From positions 1 through 49,065 of the forward strand of contig QLUS01000001.1 of assembly GCA_018725535.1 (NCBI GenBank): 49,065 bases of DNA. The letters are read 5' to 3'. The notes under the pieces were generated by a model. It worked only from the letters and a program-made list of their open reading frames with translations. It ran no database searches and was not told where the DNA came from. Position numbers and translations under genes: made by a program. The stretch is from Bacillota bacterium. Its GTDB lineage: Bacteria; Bacillota; UBA994. Positions 1 through 8,926 of this stretch are shown here, one piece after another; position 1 is the first letter of the stretch; each line of letters starts with the position of its first letter.

Positions 1-57
1 GTTGAGCAGGGTGTTAGAACTTTGTTAGAACTTCTGGGATTTTGGGCTGGAACACAA

Positions 58-86
58 AATACCAAGGACGAGAAGTCCTTGGTATT
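58..86 (-). terminator. Intrinsic terminator downstream of tRNA-Val(GAC)
   Basis: Perfect 12-bp inverted repeat AATACCAAGGAC / GTCCTTGGTATT with a 5-nt loop. On the minus strand it is followed by TTTGTGTT and lies about 11 nt past the tRNA 3' end. Confidence 0.55.
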
Positions 87-97
87 CCTAGTTCTTA

Positions 98-174
98 TGG
101 TGGGAGCAACAGGGCTCGAACCTGTGGCCTCTACCGTGTCAGGGTAGCGCTCATCCCAACTGAGCTATGCCCCC
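98..174 (-). tRNA. tRNA-Val (anticodon GAC)
   Basis: Reverse complement reads GGGGGCATAGCTCAGTTGGGATGAGCGCTACCCTGACACGGTAGAGGCCACAGGTTCGAGCCCTGTTGCTCCCACCA. It has a 7-bp acceptor stem, anticodon stem CTACC/GGTAG with loop CTGACAC, a GTTCGAGCC T-arm and an encoded CCA. Confidence 0.93.
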
Positions 175-201
175 TCAGCGACTTTCATTATACAGGCGCG
201 T

Positions 202-1959
202 CTAGACAGTGTCAACCGCAGAGTTGTCTGTGCCCTCATGTCGCAATCCTCCGTCCCCAAGCAACACCACAGCCCGCTTGCTGCCACCACGCTGAGACAA
301 CAGGTGTACCGTAAGTTCTGGGTTAGCCAATTCGCCTTTGACGCGGACGTTCCACTTCACGCGTACCGTGCCCTTCTGCGGGGGAAACACATAGTAGAAC
401 CACGCTTTCTGTCCTGCGGCATACCCTTCAAGGTGGCCAACTTCATACTGGTGCTCGCAGTTCAATAGCTCCATGCCTTTGGGCAACTCGAGGCGGACCA
501 AGTCTGGTCTTACCGCCTTTTGCTTTACCGCTTGCTTGGTAATGTTCGTTGACAGGAACCCGTGGTTTGAGACCACTGCATGCACGCTGTAGAGATTCTC
601 GCCGAGTGGCGAGACTTTGACCTCATCAATGTGTACTTCAGGCAGGGCAAGCGCGTAACCGATGGCAAAAGCGGTCATTCTGTGGCATTCGGCATGGAGC
701 AAATGGCGCGGTGGATTCTGGCGGTATTCCTTGACTTTCCATCCACCAACCTCTACTGCGCCAAACTGCGGATGCGTAACCTTGTGCCAAGGCACAAAAC
801 CCTCCCCAGTGAGCTCCCGGTCGTTCCACTGCAGAAGTTTAAGTTCGAGTTTGCGTCTGTCGATTTTCTCCGGGGACTTAAGGAAATCTGCCTTCATTTC
901 CGGAGCAGCACGACCGACCGCATCCCAGAGCTCCGGGGTAAACGCCAAGAGACCGAGCTGGTCAAAACACCAGTCGTCCAGCACACCCGAAGAACTATCG
1001 CCGTAACAGCAAATAACGGGGTAGCCGGTAGCATTTTCGCCCAACTTGCCGATAGCCGTATAGAGGGCAACATCTTCCTCGGCGAAATCTTTATCTGGAA
1101 TGGTGCTGTGCGGTCTAAAAAGCATCCCGCCTGTAGTATGGTAGAGCAACACCCCGGCTATGTTCGGGCGCTGACTAATGAACTCAACTTGACACCTAGT
1201 CTCTGGCTCAGAGAGCGGATAGGGGCCGGCGCCGGTTGTCTGCGTACTAAACCCCGAGGGAAAGTTTCGGTTAAGGTCTAAACCATACTTAGTGGCCACG
1301 TGCGCGAAGGGAGGCAATACTTCTTCTACCCACTCTCCCTTGGCATCCTTGAGCACGCCTTCGGTATAAATGTGGTAGAATGGCCCGGCCGTGTCAAGCG
1401 GCGAGCGCTCGGTCATCAGCCGTGCGTCTTCCGGGTCTACCTTCCATGCTCCGCGGGCGTCATCACGAATGCGCATTGAGAGAATCAGCCCGTTGCCATC
1501 GAAGTCCTCCGCATGCAGCCCGGGCGGGTCTTCATACTTACGAAAGTCAGGGAAGGGCCTAACGCTGCTCCTAAGATGAGCCGGACTCGTCAAATACAAC
1601 TCTGCACCGTCGGGATTAATGCGCGGCAAGATATAGAAACTGCGTGAATCGAGGAGCTTCGTAACCATTTCATCTGCTCCATAGCGCGAGAGCAAATAGT
1701 CAATCAAGTGGAGAGCCGCCATGGAGCCAGTCACTTCCCCGGCGTGAATGTTGCCATCCACATACATGCCGGGCTTCTCTGCAGGCAACCCGCTGCGGGA
1801 GTTAGTCAAAGTAACAGCCCAAATGTCGCGTCCTTCGTAACTCTTACCGACAGAAGCCAAGGTAACAAAGTCGGGATACTTCTCATTGAAGGCGTGTAGT
1901 GCATCGGTCAGTTCTTGATAGCGCAAGTAGCGGTCAAAAGTGACTGCTGCGTTTCCCAT
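202..1959 (-). CDS. M14-family zinc carboxypeptidase
   Basis: 585-aa ORF. M14 signatures are present: YEGRDIWAVTL, zinc-binding HxxE in DGNIHAGEVTG, PRINPDG and DLNRNF. A purine-rich RBS (GAGAGGGGAATACGT) precedes the ATG. Confidence 0.85.
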   Translation of the reverse strand: MGNAAVTFDRYLRYQELTDALHAFNEKYPDFVTLASVGKSYEGRDIWAVTLTNSRSGLPAEKPGMYVDGNIHAGEVTGSMAALHLIDYLLSRYGADEMVTKLLDSRSFYILPRINPDGAELYLTSPAHLRSSVRPFPDFRKYEDPPGLHAEDFDGNGLILSMRIRDDARGAWKVDPEDARLMTERSPLDTAGPFYHIYTEGVLKDAKGEWVEEVLPPFAHVATKYGLDLNRNFPSGFSTQTTGAGPYPLSEPETRCQVEFISQRPNIAGVLLYHTTGGMLFRPHSTIPDKDFAEEDVALYTAIGKLGENATGYPVICCYGDSSSGVLDDWCFDQLGLLAFTPELWDAVGRAAPEMKADFLKSPEKIDRRKLELKLLQWNDRELTGEGFVPWHKVTHPQFGAVEVGGWKVKEYRQNPPRHLLHAECHRMTAFAIGYALALPEVHIDEVKVSPLGENLYSVHAVVSNHGFLSTNITKQAVKQKAVRPDLVRLELPKGMELLNCEHQYEVGHLEGYAAGQKAWFYYVFPPQKGTVRVKWNVRVKGELANPELTVHLLSQRGGSKRAVVLLGDGGLRHEGTDNSAVDTV

Positions 1960-2090
1960 ACGTATTCCCCTCTCGCGGCGCGATCCGGTCTGTGCCTAAG
2001 TATGGATTCGCCCTGCGGCTAGGGAATTCCTGCGGCTAGGGTGCAGGCTAGCAAGGCAAAAAGTCGCTTGCGCGGCTCTTAGATGCTCTA

Positions 2091-2179
2091 TGGTGCCGAA
2101 GGCCGGAATCGAACCGGCACGCCCCTCACGGAGCGAGGGATTTTAAGTCCCTTGCGTCTGCCTGTTTCGCCACTTCGGC
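2091..2179 (-). tRNA. tRNA-Leu (anticodon TAA), long variable arm
   Basis: Reverse complement reads GCCGAAGTGGCGAAACAGGCAGACGCAAGGGACTTAAAATCCCTCGCTCCGTGAGGGGCGTGCCGGTTCGATTCCGGCCTTCGGCACCA. Acceptor stem is GCCGAAG/CTTCGGC, the anticodon loop is CTTAAAA, and a class II variable arm and encoded CCA are present. Confidence 0.92.
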
Positions 2180-2191
2180 AAATTAACCAGT

Positions 2192-2266
<75 letters not shown>

Positions 2267-2308
2267 GGAAAAAACCCAACCTACGTTTGTAGCTGAGCAG
2301 ATAAACTA

Positions 2309-2383
2309 TGGAGCGGAAGAAGAGATTCGAACTCTCGACCCTCGCCTTGGCAAGGCGATGCTCTACCGCTGAGCTACTTCCGC
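2309..2383 (-). tRNA. tRNA-Gly (anticodon GCC)
   Basis: Reverse complement reads GCGGAAGTAGCTCAGCGGTAGAGCATCGCCTTGCCAAGGCGAGGGTCGAGAGTTCGAATCTCTTCTTCCGCTCCA. The anticodon loop is TTGCCAA and the acceptor stem is GCGGAAG/CTTCCGC. Confidence 0.92.
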
Positions 2384-2466
2384 ATGCGTTACATTTTGGA
2401 TTTTAGCACAACCACTAACGGCTCGCTTTGTTTGCTCCCAGCTGAACACTGATGCCTCGACAAAGG

Positions 2467-2542
<76 letters not shown>

Positions 2543-2553
2543 ACTTTTCAAAG

Positions 2554-2629
2554 TGGCGGAGTCGACGGGAATCGAACCCGCGATCTCCGGCGTGACAGGC
2601 CGGCATGTTAACCGCTACACCACGACTCC
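2554..2629 (-). tRNA. tRNA-Asp (anticodon GTC)
   Basis: Reverse complement reads GGAGTCGTGGTGTAGCGGTTAACATGCCGGCCTGTCACGCCGGAGATCGCGGGTTCGATTCCCGTCGACTCCGCCA. Anticodon stem is CCGGC/GCCGG with loop CTGTCAC. Confidence 0.92.
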
Positions 2630-2633
2630 AAAG

Positions 2634-2709
2634 TGGTGGGAGCAATAGGGCTCGAACCTATGACCCCCTGCTTGTAAGGCAGGTGCTCTCCCAGCTGAGC
2701 TATGCTCCC
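2634..2709 (-). tRNA. tRNA-Val (anticodon TAC)
   Basis: Reverse complement reads GGGAGCATAGCTCAGCTGGGAGAGCACCTGCCTTACAAGCAGGGGGTCATAGGTTCGAGCCCTATTGCTCCCACCA. The anticodon loop is CTTACAA. Confidence 0.92.
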
Positions 2710-2720
2710 GCGCATTTAGT

Positions 2721-2749
2721 AGTATACTTGCTAACATTTCCGACGTCAA
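2721..2749 (-). promoter_or_regulatory. Sigma-A-type promoter inside the tRNA cluster (drives tRNA-Val-Asp-Phe...)
   Basis: The minus strand reads TTGACG, then a 17-nt spacer (TCGGAAATGTTAGCAAG), then TATACT. It ends about 11 nt upstream of tRNA-Val(TAC). Confidence 0.55.
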
Positions 2750-2769
2750 GCGGGAAGATGGGCTTCTTA

Positions 2770-2790
2770 CCTCTTGCCTCTTGCCTCTTG
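2770..2790. repeat. Heptanucleotide tandem repeat (CCTCTTG)x3
   Basis: Three perfect head-to-tail copies of CCTCTTG lie between tRNA-Val(TAC) and tRNA-Arg. Confidence 0.8.
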
Positions 2791-2793
2791 AAA

Positions 2794-2868
2794 TGGTACG
2801 CCCGAGAGGAATCGAACCTCCGCACCCGGATCCGGAGTCCGGCGCTCTATCCACTGAGCTACGGGCGC
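2794..2868 (-). tRNA. tRNA-Arg (anticodon CCG)
   Basis: Reverse complement reads GCGCCCGTAGCTCAGTGGATAGAGCGCCGGACTCCGGATCCGGGTGCGGAGGTTCGATTCCTCTCGGGCGTACCA. Anticodon stem is CCGGA/TCCGG with loop CTCCGGA. Confidence 0.9.
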
Positions 2869-2883
2869 GCTTATCACTCAACA

Positions 2884-2912
2884 AGTATATACTTTTGTTT
2901 TAGCGGACGCAA
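2884..2912 (-). promoter_or_regulatory. Sigma-A-type promoter upstream of tRNA-Arg
   Basis: The minus strand reads TTGCGT, a 17-nt spacer, then TATACT. It ends about 15 nt upstream of the tRNA-Arg 5' end. Confidence 0.5.
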
Positions 2913-2932
2913 CCACAATAAAGCAATGCATA

Positions 2933-4315
2933 CTACAGCGATCCTACAATTGCCTTAAATTGGCGACCGCGGTCTTCAAAATCACGAAACATATCAAAGC
3001 TCGCGCAAGCAGGCGAGAGCACAACGCTGCTCCCGGGAAGTGTTTGCGCTTGACACCACTCTACCGCAGCGGCCAGGGAAGGCAGAATCGCGCTCTTCAC
3101 GTGTCTCCCGCTTTGGTGCTCGGCTAGTGAAATTTCCTGGGAAATTTTCTGCGCAGTCCTTCCGATAAGCGCTACGGCGCGCACCCGCTCGACAATGACG
3201 CGCGCTAGTTCATCAAAGGGAACCTGCTTGTCAGAGCCGCCGGCGATGAGCACGATGTCTCCTCCAATCGCCGCAAGACCGGCTATGGTGCGCGTCGGAC
3301 TAGAAGCGATCGAGTCATTGTAGTACTTTACGCCGTTTAACTCACGCACTAGTTCTAAGCGGTGCTCTACTGTAGCAAACTCCGTCACGGCTTTCGCTAT
3401 AACTGATACAGGTACATTCTGCACCAAACAGGCGGCAGCGGCAGCCGCGACATTCTCCTGATTGTGCACCCCACGCAGCTTAAGGTCAGCTGCATGACAA
3501 ATTCGTTCTTCTCGCCCCTGCCAACGCGCGATCAAGTGGCCCTCGCGCCAGAACACACCCTCCGGGAGCTCGCTCAGGCGGCTAAAGAACATGGCCTTCC
3601 CCGGCACCGCGGCACCCATGTCGCGCGTAAGAGCATCGTCGTAGTTTAGTATGACCACATCGCCCGGCAGCTGATATCGCCAAATGTTGACCTTAGCCGC
3701 GACATACTCCTTATAGCTCTTATGTACGTCGAGGTGATTGGGAGAGATGTTCGTAATTACAGCCACATGCGGACTTTGTCGCATTGGCATAAGTTGAAAA
3801 CTCGACAGCTCCAAGACAACCCTGTCTCCGTTTTCGATTCTCTCGACCTGCTCAATCAGGGAATTGCCGATGTTGCCTCCCAAGTACGTGTGAGCGCCAG
3901 CTTCTCTGAACACGGCTGCGATCAGGGAAGTTGTGGTGGTTTTGCCGTCGCTCCCAGTTACGGCGGTTATAGGCGCAGGGCACAGCTCACAAAAGAGCTC
4001 GATCTCGCTTGTCACTATGGCGCCGTTCGCAACCGCCGCGCTGAGCTCCGGCAAATCCGGGCGCATGACAGGAGTCTTAAAGATGAGGTCAAACCCCTTA
4101 AGGTCCGCAAGATAGTCCTCACCCAGCCTAAGATCGACTTCTAGACCATCTAGCAGCGCCAGAACTTCTGGCATATCCTGCGCTTGCCGCTTGTCTAGCG
4201 CAGTGACATGCGCGCCCTCCTTAAGCAGGAAGCGCACCAGCGGCACACCGCTTCTTAGACCAAGCCCCAAAACGGCTACTTTCTTACCGCTCTTCGAGCT
4301 AGCTATCTTAGTCAT
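2933..4315 (-). CDS. murD: UDP-N-acetylmuramoyl-L-alanine--D-glutamate ligase
   Basis: N-terminal Rossmann-like VAVLGLGLRSG, Mur-ligase P-loop TGSDGKTTTT, and central and C-terminal Mur-ligase domains. ATG 4315 is preferred over TTG 4321 because AAAGGAG sits 6 nt upstream. Confidence 0.88.
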   Translation of the reverse strand: MTKIASSKSGKKVAVLGLGLRSGVPLVRFLLKEGAHVTALDKRQAQDMPEVLALLDGLEVDLRLGEDYLADLKGFDLIFKTPVMRPDLPELSAAVANGAIVTSEIELFCELCPAPITAVTGSDGKTTTTSLIAAVFREAGAHTYLGGNIGNSLIEQVERIENGDRVVLELSSFQLMPMRQSPHVAVITNISPNHLDVHKSYKEYVAAKVNIWRYQLPGDVVILNYDDALTRDMGAAVPGKAMFFSRLSELPEGVFWREGHLIARWQGREERICHAADLKLRGVHNQENVAAAAAACLVQNVPVSVIAKAVTEFATVEHRLELVRELNGVKYYNDSIASSPTRTIAGLAAIGGDIVLIAGGSDKQVPFDELARVIVERVRAVALIGRTAQKISQEISLAEHQSGRHVKSAILPSLAAAVEWCQAQTLPGSSVVLSPACASFDMFRDFEDRGRQFKAIVGSL

Positions 4316-4411
4316 ACGCAACTCCTTTGAAGCAACGTTTAGAACACTGGCGGCATTGCGTAACGCGATATAACAAAAGGACCGTCCCCCTGTCCCCTCC
4401 CCCTGTTTCCC

Positions 4412-5260
4412 CTACTTGTAGGCGTGAAAGCCTCTGCCGGTCTTGCGGCCAAGGTGGCCCGCCTGTACGAGACGCCGCAGCATGGGCGCAGGGCGGTACT
4501 TGTCACCTAGGCCTGCATGCAGGATTTCCATGATGGAGAGGCACACATCTAAGCCAATTAGGTCTGCTAATGCTAAGGGGCCTAAGGGATGATTCGCGCC
4601 TAGCTTCATCACGGTATCGATGGCCTCCGCAGAAGCTACGCCCTCCTGTAAACAGAAAGCCGCCTCGTTAATCATGGGGATAAGCACCCTGTTTATGACA
4701 AACCCGGGGAAGTCGTTGACCTCTACCCCGGTTTTCCCCATACGCGCTACCACGGACATCGCCGCGCTAAAGGTCTCGTCACTGGTCGCTTGCGCGCGTA
4801 TAACTTCAACTAGTTGCATCAGCGGCACGGGGTTCATGAAATGCATGCCGACTACCCTGCTAGGCCGCTTCGTAAAGGAGGCCAGCTGCGTTAGCGGGAT
4901 ACTCGAGGTATTGCTGGCGAGGATCGTATGTGCGGCGCAGATCTTGTCTAGCTGCAGGAAGATGCCTTTTTTGACTTCTACATTCTCAGTTACAGCCTCA
5001 ACGACCAACTCAACCTCCACAGCGCGATCTAGCTCAGTAGTTGTAGCGATACGGGCAAGAATCTCTTGACGCTCAACGGCAGGAAGCTTTCCTTTTTCTA
5101 CGGCTCGGCTTAACAACCGGTCAATACTCTGCACGGCGCGCGTGAGGTAAGCTGCCTCTAGGTCACAAAGCAGCACATTGTATTTTGCTTCTGCCGCCAC
5201 CTGCGCAATGCCGCTGCCCATCTGTCCGGCACCTATTACCATGATCGTCCTAATCTCCAT
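4412..5260 (-). CDS. hbd: 3-hydroxybutyryl-CoA dehydrogenase
   Basis: NAD-binding VIGAGQMGSGIAQ and 3-hydroxyacyl-CoA dehydrogenase core (SNTSS, HFMNPVPLMQLVEV, GRKTGRGF). ATG 5260 is preferred because AAAGGAG lies 8 nt upstream. Confidence 0.88.
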   Translation of the reverse strand: MEIRTIMVIGAGQMGSGIAQVAAEAKYNVLLCDLEAAYLTRAVQSIDRLLSRAVEKGKLPAVERQEILARIATTTELDRAVEVELVVEAVTENVEVKKGIFLQLDKICAAHTILASNTSSIPLTQLASFTKRPSRVVGMHFMNPVPLMQLVEVIRAQATSDETFSAAMSVVARMGKTGVEVNDFPGFVINRVLIPMINEAAFCLQEGVASAEAIDTVMKLGANHPLGPLALADLIGLDVCLSIMEILHAGLGDKYRPAPMLRRLVQAGHLGRKTGRGFHAYK

Positions 5261-5363
5261 GAAACAATCTCCTTTCACTCCCTTGGATATGCTTTCGCTG
5301 CAGGAATGTCGATATCCTTTTCCCAGTGCGTGTTATAATGCTGTATGTAGAGGAGTGATAGTT

Positions 5364-5936
5364 TTGGACAAGCGTGGCAACCTCTGCGCCGCATCTCTTT
5401 TCGGGAGCTTCGCTAAGGTAGGCGCATTTACTTTCGGTGGCGGCATCGCCATGCTCCCAGTAATCGAACGGGAGGTCGTCGAGCACAGGCAATGGCTCTC
5501 CACAGAGGAGTTTGTCGACGTGCTGGCCATAGCTCAGTCTGGTCCGGGGGCGATAGCCATCAACACCGCCATACTTACGGGACACAAATTGCTTGGGCTA
5601 AAGGGCGTCGCCGCCGCTACCGCCGGCGTAGTGGCTCCCTCTTTCTTTGTTATTCTCGTGATTGCCGCACTGTTGCCCCATGCTGGTCAGTCCCCCATTC
5701 TAAACGGTTTCTTTATGGGTGTCCGCCCCGCAGTAGTCGCGCTGATTGCCGCAGCAGCCATAAAGCTTGGGCAGAAAATCCTCGTCGATAAGTTTAGCAT
5801 AGCCCTTGCAGGCATTACGCTACTTGTTAGTTTACTGCTAAACCCGCACCCCGCGGTCTTAATCCCCATTGCCGCGTTGATTGGGCTTGGCCGATTTTTC
5901 TATCTGCAAAAGGGAGAGGAAGGTAGCCGTAGGTGA
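5364..5936 (+). CDS. chrA: Chromate transporter, short-chain CHR family, first protein of a pair
   Basis: CHR motif FGGGIAMLPVIEREVVEHRQWLSTEEFVDVLAIAQSGPGAIAINTA. The start is uncertain: TTG 5364 follows AGGAG by 8 nt, and ATG 5289 is the alternative. The ORF-track start at 5178 overlaps hbd. Confidence 0.8.
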   Translation: MDKRGNLCAASLFGSFAKVGAFTFGGGIAMLPVIEREVVEHRQWLSTEEFVDVLAIAQSGPGAIAINTAILTGHKLLGLKGVAAATAGVVAPSFFVILVIAALLPHAGQSPILNGFFMGVRPAVVALIAAAAIKLGQKILVDKFSIALAGITLLVSLLLNPHPAVLIPIAALIGLGRFFYLQKGEEGSRR

Positions 5937-6451
5937 TACTGCTCCGACTCCTCGCAAGCTTCTTTACTGTAGGGTTTTTTAGCTATGGTGGCGGCTACGC
6001 CATGATTCCCTTGTTCGAGCGCGAAATTGTGCAGCGACAGCAGTGGCTCTCGGCGCGGGAATTTCTCGACATCCTCGCTATCGCCGAGATTACACCGGGG
6101 CCTATCGCCATCAACTCCGCAACTTTTGTAGGATACCGCATGGCTGGGGTGCTTGGCTCCATTATGGCTACGCTAGGAGTAGTTTTGCCTTCCCTGCTAG
6201 TTATTGGGGTTCTATCTTTTCTTTACATCAAGTACCAGGGGGCGCCGCCGCTCAAGGCAGCCTTTGCCGCGATACGACCCCTAGTCGTAGTGCTTATCCT
6301 GATGGCAGCCATTAACATTGGCACTAGGACTATATATGACACTTACAGCACCATCGTGGCGGCAACTGCGCTCTTGCTCATGCTGAAAACCCGCATTAAC
6401 CCCATATTGTTGCTTGTACTCTCCGGTGTCGTAGGTGTGATAATATTCTAG
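5933..6451 (+). CDS. chrA: Chromate transporter, short-chain CHR family, second protein of a pair
   Basis: YGGGYAMIPLFEREIVQRQQWLSAREFLDILAIAEITPGPIAINSA. The GTG start overlaps the upstream stop (GTGA), indicating translational coupling. Confidence 0.82.
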   Translation: MILLRLLASFFTVGFFSYGGGYAMIPLFEREIVQRQQWLSAREFLDILAIAEITPGPIAINSATFVGYRMAGVLGSIMATLGVVLPSLLVIGVLSFLYIKYQGAPPLKAAFAAIRPLVVVLILMAAINIGTRTIYDTYSTIVAATALLLMLKTRINPILLLVLSGVVGVIIF

Positions 6452-6466
6452 TAAAGAGGTTACAGC

Positions 6467-7144
6467 ATGAGGATCCCCAAGCGAGCACTGCTACCCCTAC
6501 GCCTTGTCTGCCTTACCTTGGCCTTTGTGGTTATCGGAGTGGCCATTGATGTTTCGATTAAGGCTAACCTAGGGGTTGGCGCATGGACTGTATTCCACCT
6601 AGGAATTGCAGGCCACAGCGGATGGACACAGGGGCAAGTAAGCCAAATAGTTGGATTGGCAATCATTGCGTTGAGCTACTTACTTGGCATCAAGCCTGCG
6701 ATTGGCACTGTCCTTAATATGCTGCTCATTGGCTGGTTTTTCGACGCATCTGTCGCCATGCGACTCATCCCTCCTGCGCCCTCCCCTGCGTTCGGCCTGC
6801 TCTACCTCCTCGCTTCAACTCTGCTCATGGGCTTTGGCGGCGCCATGTACATGAGTGCCGGCCTAGGTGCCGGTCCACGCGACAGCTTGATGCTAGCCTT
6901 GATTAGACGTACGGCGTGGCCAGTACGCTCCATACGCACGGGGATGGAGATAACCGTGCTGGGGCTAGGCTGGCTATTGGGCGGTCCGGTAGGTCTGGGC
7001 ACACTTGTGCTGTCCATGGGCTTAGGCCCTGCGGTGGAACTCTTCTTTGAGTTCTTCAGGTTGCTTACTACTAAGAGCGAACTTGCGAGCACTGTCATGA
7101 GTGTGCCGGTGCCAAAGACAAGATCCACGCTAAAGCTTGGATAA
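6467..7144 (+). CDS. YczE/YitT-like integral membrane protein
   Basis: Polytopic protein with KANLGVGAWTVFHLGIAGHSG...LNMLLIGWFFD, resembling B. subtilis YczE. Confidence 0.65.
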   Translation: MRIPKRALLPLRLVCLTLAFVVIGVAIDVSIKANLGVGAWTVFHLGIAGHSGWTQGQVSQIVGLAIIALSYLLGIKPAIGTVLNMLLIGWFFDASVAMRLIPPAPSPAFGLLYLLASTLLMGFGGAMYMSAGLGAGPRDSLMLALIRRTAWPVRSIRTGMEITVLGLGWLLGGPVGLGTLVLSMGLGPAVELFFEFFRLLTTKSELASTVMSVPVPKTRSTLKLG

Positions 7145-7170
7145 CCTATTGAGAAAGGAAAGATTACAGC

Positions 7171-8919
7171 ATGCGTAAAACCAAAATCGTCTGTACTATC
7201 GGACCCGCGAGCTCAAACAAGGAAATGTTGCAGAGTCTAATACGCGCGGGCATGGACATTGCTAGACTTAATTTCTCGCACGGCACACATGACGAGCACT
7301 TAGTTAGGCTCAGGGCAATCCGCGAAGCTGCTGAACTCGAGGGCAAGCACATAGCAATCATGCTCGACACCAAGGGACCGGAAATCCGTATCGGCACTTT
7401 TGCCGACGGACCGATCACCCTATCTGCGGGGGATTTGTTTACGCTGACGACTAAAGCCGTTGCGGGCACCGCCGAGCATGTCAGCGTAACATATAAGGGA
7501 CTCCCGCAAGATGTGCGCCCCGGGGACCGCTTATTGCTTGACGATGGCTTGCTCGAGTTTAGAGTAGAGAGCACGACCGAGAACGAAGTGCACTGCCGCG
7601 TAGTTGTAGGGGGCCCACTTAGCAACCGCAAGGGGCTTAACGTCCCCGGCAAGCGCGTCAACTTGCCCGCAATTTCCCCCCAGGATGAGGCGGATCTGCG
7701 CTTTGGCGTTATGCACGGCGTAGACCTAATTGCGGCCTCGTTTATGCGCACTGCGGCCGACGTTGTGGCTATACGCAAATTTCTTGAGTCATGCGGCGGG
7801 AACATACCGATCATCGCTAAAATCGAGAACAAAGAGGGCGTAGACAACCTAGACGCCATTCTTAAGGTCGCGGACGGGTTCATGGTCGCGCGGGGTGACA
7901 TGGGCGTTGAGTTCCCGGCGGAGGAAGTTCCTCTTATCCAGAAGCAGATGATCCGGAAGGGGAACGCCGCAGGCAAGCCCGTGATTACTGCCACCCAAAT
8001 GCTTAACTCCATGATTCGCAATCCCCGCCCGACGAGAGCAGAAGCCAGCGATGTCGCCAACGCTGTGTTTGATGGGACCGATGCGATTATGCTCTCCGGC
8101 GAAACCGCCAGCGGCAAGTACCCACTCGAGTCGGTCGTAACTATGGCGCGCATCGCCACACGTACCGAGCAAGCGCTTACCTACAATCCGGAGCACGGTC
8201 ACGGCTACCAAGCTGCTGCCACAGTCACCGATGCCATTAGCCACGCTACGGTGCAAGCTGCGTCCCAACTGGAGGCAGCTGCCATTATCACGTCAACGCA
8301 GTCTGGCTGGACCGCAAGAATGGTCGCCAAGTACCGTCCTAAAGCCCCCATCATTGCGGTCACCACCAAAGAGGTAACGGCTCGGCGCCTAAATCTTTTG
8401 TGGGGGGTTTACCCGGTTTTGGGCGAAACCATTGCTACGACAGACGAGATGATGGACGAAGCAGTCAAGCGCTCCCTGCAGGCAGGCCTAATCAAGAATG
8501 GTGACTTGGTCGTTATTACTGCCGGTGTTCCCGTGGGCGTACCGGGCACTACTAACTTAATCAAAGTCCATGTCGTCGGGGATGTGTTAGCGCGCGGCAC
8601 CGGCATTGGCGCGCTGAACGCCGAGGGCAGGGTTTGCATAGCCAAGAATGCGGCGGAAGCAGAAGCCAAGCTAGTGGACGGAGACATTCTCGTTACCACG
8701 GCTACTGACCGTGAATACATGGATGTGCTTGCTAAAGCGGCAGGCATTGTCACTGAGGAGGCGGGCCTAACCTCACACGCGGCCATCGTGGGACTAAACT
8801 TAAACAAAGCCACCATCATTGGCGTGGCTGGCGCAACCCATATCCTTAAGGACGGTCAGCTCGTCACTCTCGACGGCAGTCGCGGACTCATCTACAAGGG
8901 ACACGCGCAGGTGAAATGA
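7171..8919 (+). CDS. pyk: Pyruvate kinase with C-terminal PEP-utiliser mobile domain
   Basis: MRKTKIVCTIGPAS...LDTKGPEIR...MVARGDMGVE core. A C-terminal domain of about 100 aa carries GLTSHAAIVG, the phosphohistidine-type swivel domain common in Bacillota Pyk. Confidence 0.93.
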   Translation: MRKTKIVCTIGPASSNKEMLQSLIRAGMDIARLNFSHGTHDEHLVRLRAIREAAELEGKHIAIMLDTKGPEIRIGTFADGPITLSAGDLFTLTTKAVAGTAEHVSVTYKGLPQDVRPGDRLLLDDGLLEFRVESTTENEVHCRVVVGGPLSNRKGLNVPGKRVNLPAISPQDEADLRFGVMHGVDLIAASFMRTAADVVAIRKFLESCGGNIPIIAKIENKEGVDNLDAILKVADGFMVARGDMGVEFPAEEVPLIQKQMIRKGNAAGKPVITATQMLNSMIRNPRPTRAEASDVANAVFDGTDAIMLSGETASGKYPLESVVTMARIATRTEQALTYNPEHGHGYQAAATVTDAISHATVQAASQLEAAAIITSTQSGWTARMVAKYRPKAPIIAVTTKEVTARRLNLLWGVYPVLGETIATTDEMMDEAVKRSLQAGLIKNGDLVVITAGVPVGVPGTTNLIKVHVVGDVLARGTGIGALNAEGRVCIAKNAAEAEAKLVDGDILVTTATDREYMDVLAKAAGIVTEEAGLTSHAAIVGLNLNKATIIGVAGATHILKDGQLVTLDGSRGLIYKGHAQVK

Positions 8920-8926
8920 CGCCGCT

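Noticed and set aside
13-32. Short direct repeats GTTAGAACTTT x2 (13..32) and CCTGCGGCTAGGG x2 (2013..2042).
   Set aside because: Each has only two copies and lies in a non-coding spacer, with no further structure or recurrence in the window. They are likely incidental.
2933-4315. murD located outside a dcw cluster as a specialised paralogue.
   Set aside because: The sequence has all canonical MurD motifs. Without the rest of the genome I cannot tell whether a second copy exists, so its position alone is not informative.
5364-6451. The two adjacent half-size chrA genes as a split pseudogene.
   Set aside because: Short-chain CHR proteins are normally encoded as overlapping pairs, as with B. 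subtilis ywrA/ywrB. Both ORFs here are intact and translationally coupled (GTGA).
7164-8159. Long antisense ORFs opposite confirmed genes. Examples are the 331-aa ORF opposite pyk, 12925..13629 opposite btuC, 580..1281 opposite the M14 gene, and 47950..48438 opposite murA.
   Set aside because: These are typical shadow ORFs of GC-rich coding DNA. Their low-complexity Ser/Ala/Arg/Pro-rich translations have no motifs or RBS, and each fully overlaps a gene with strong family signatures.
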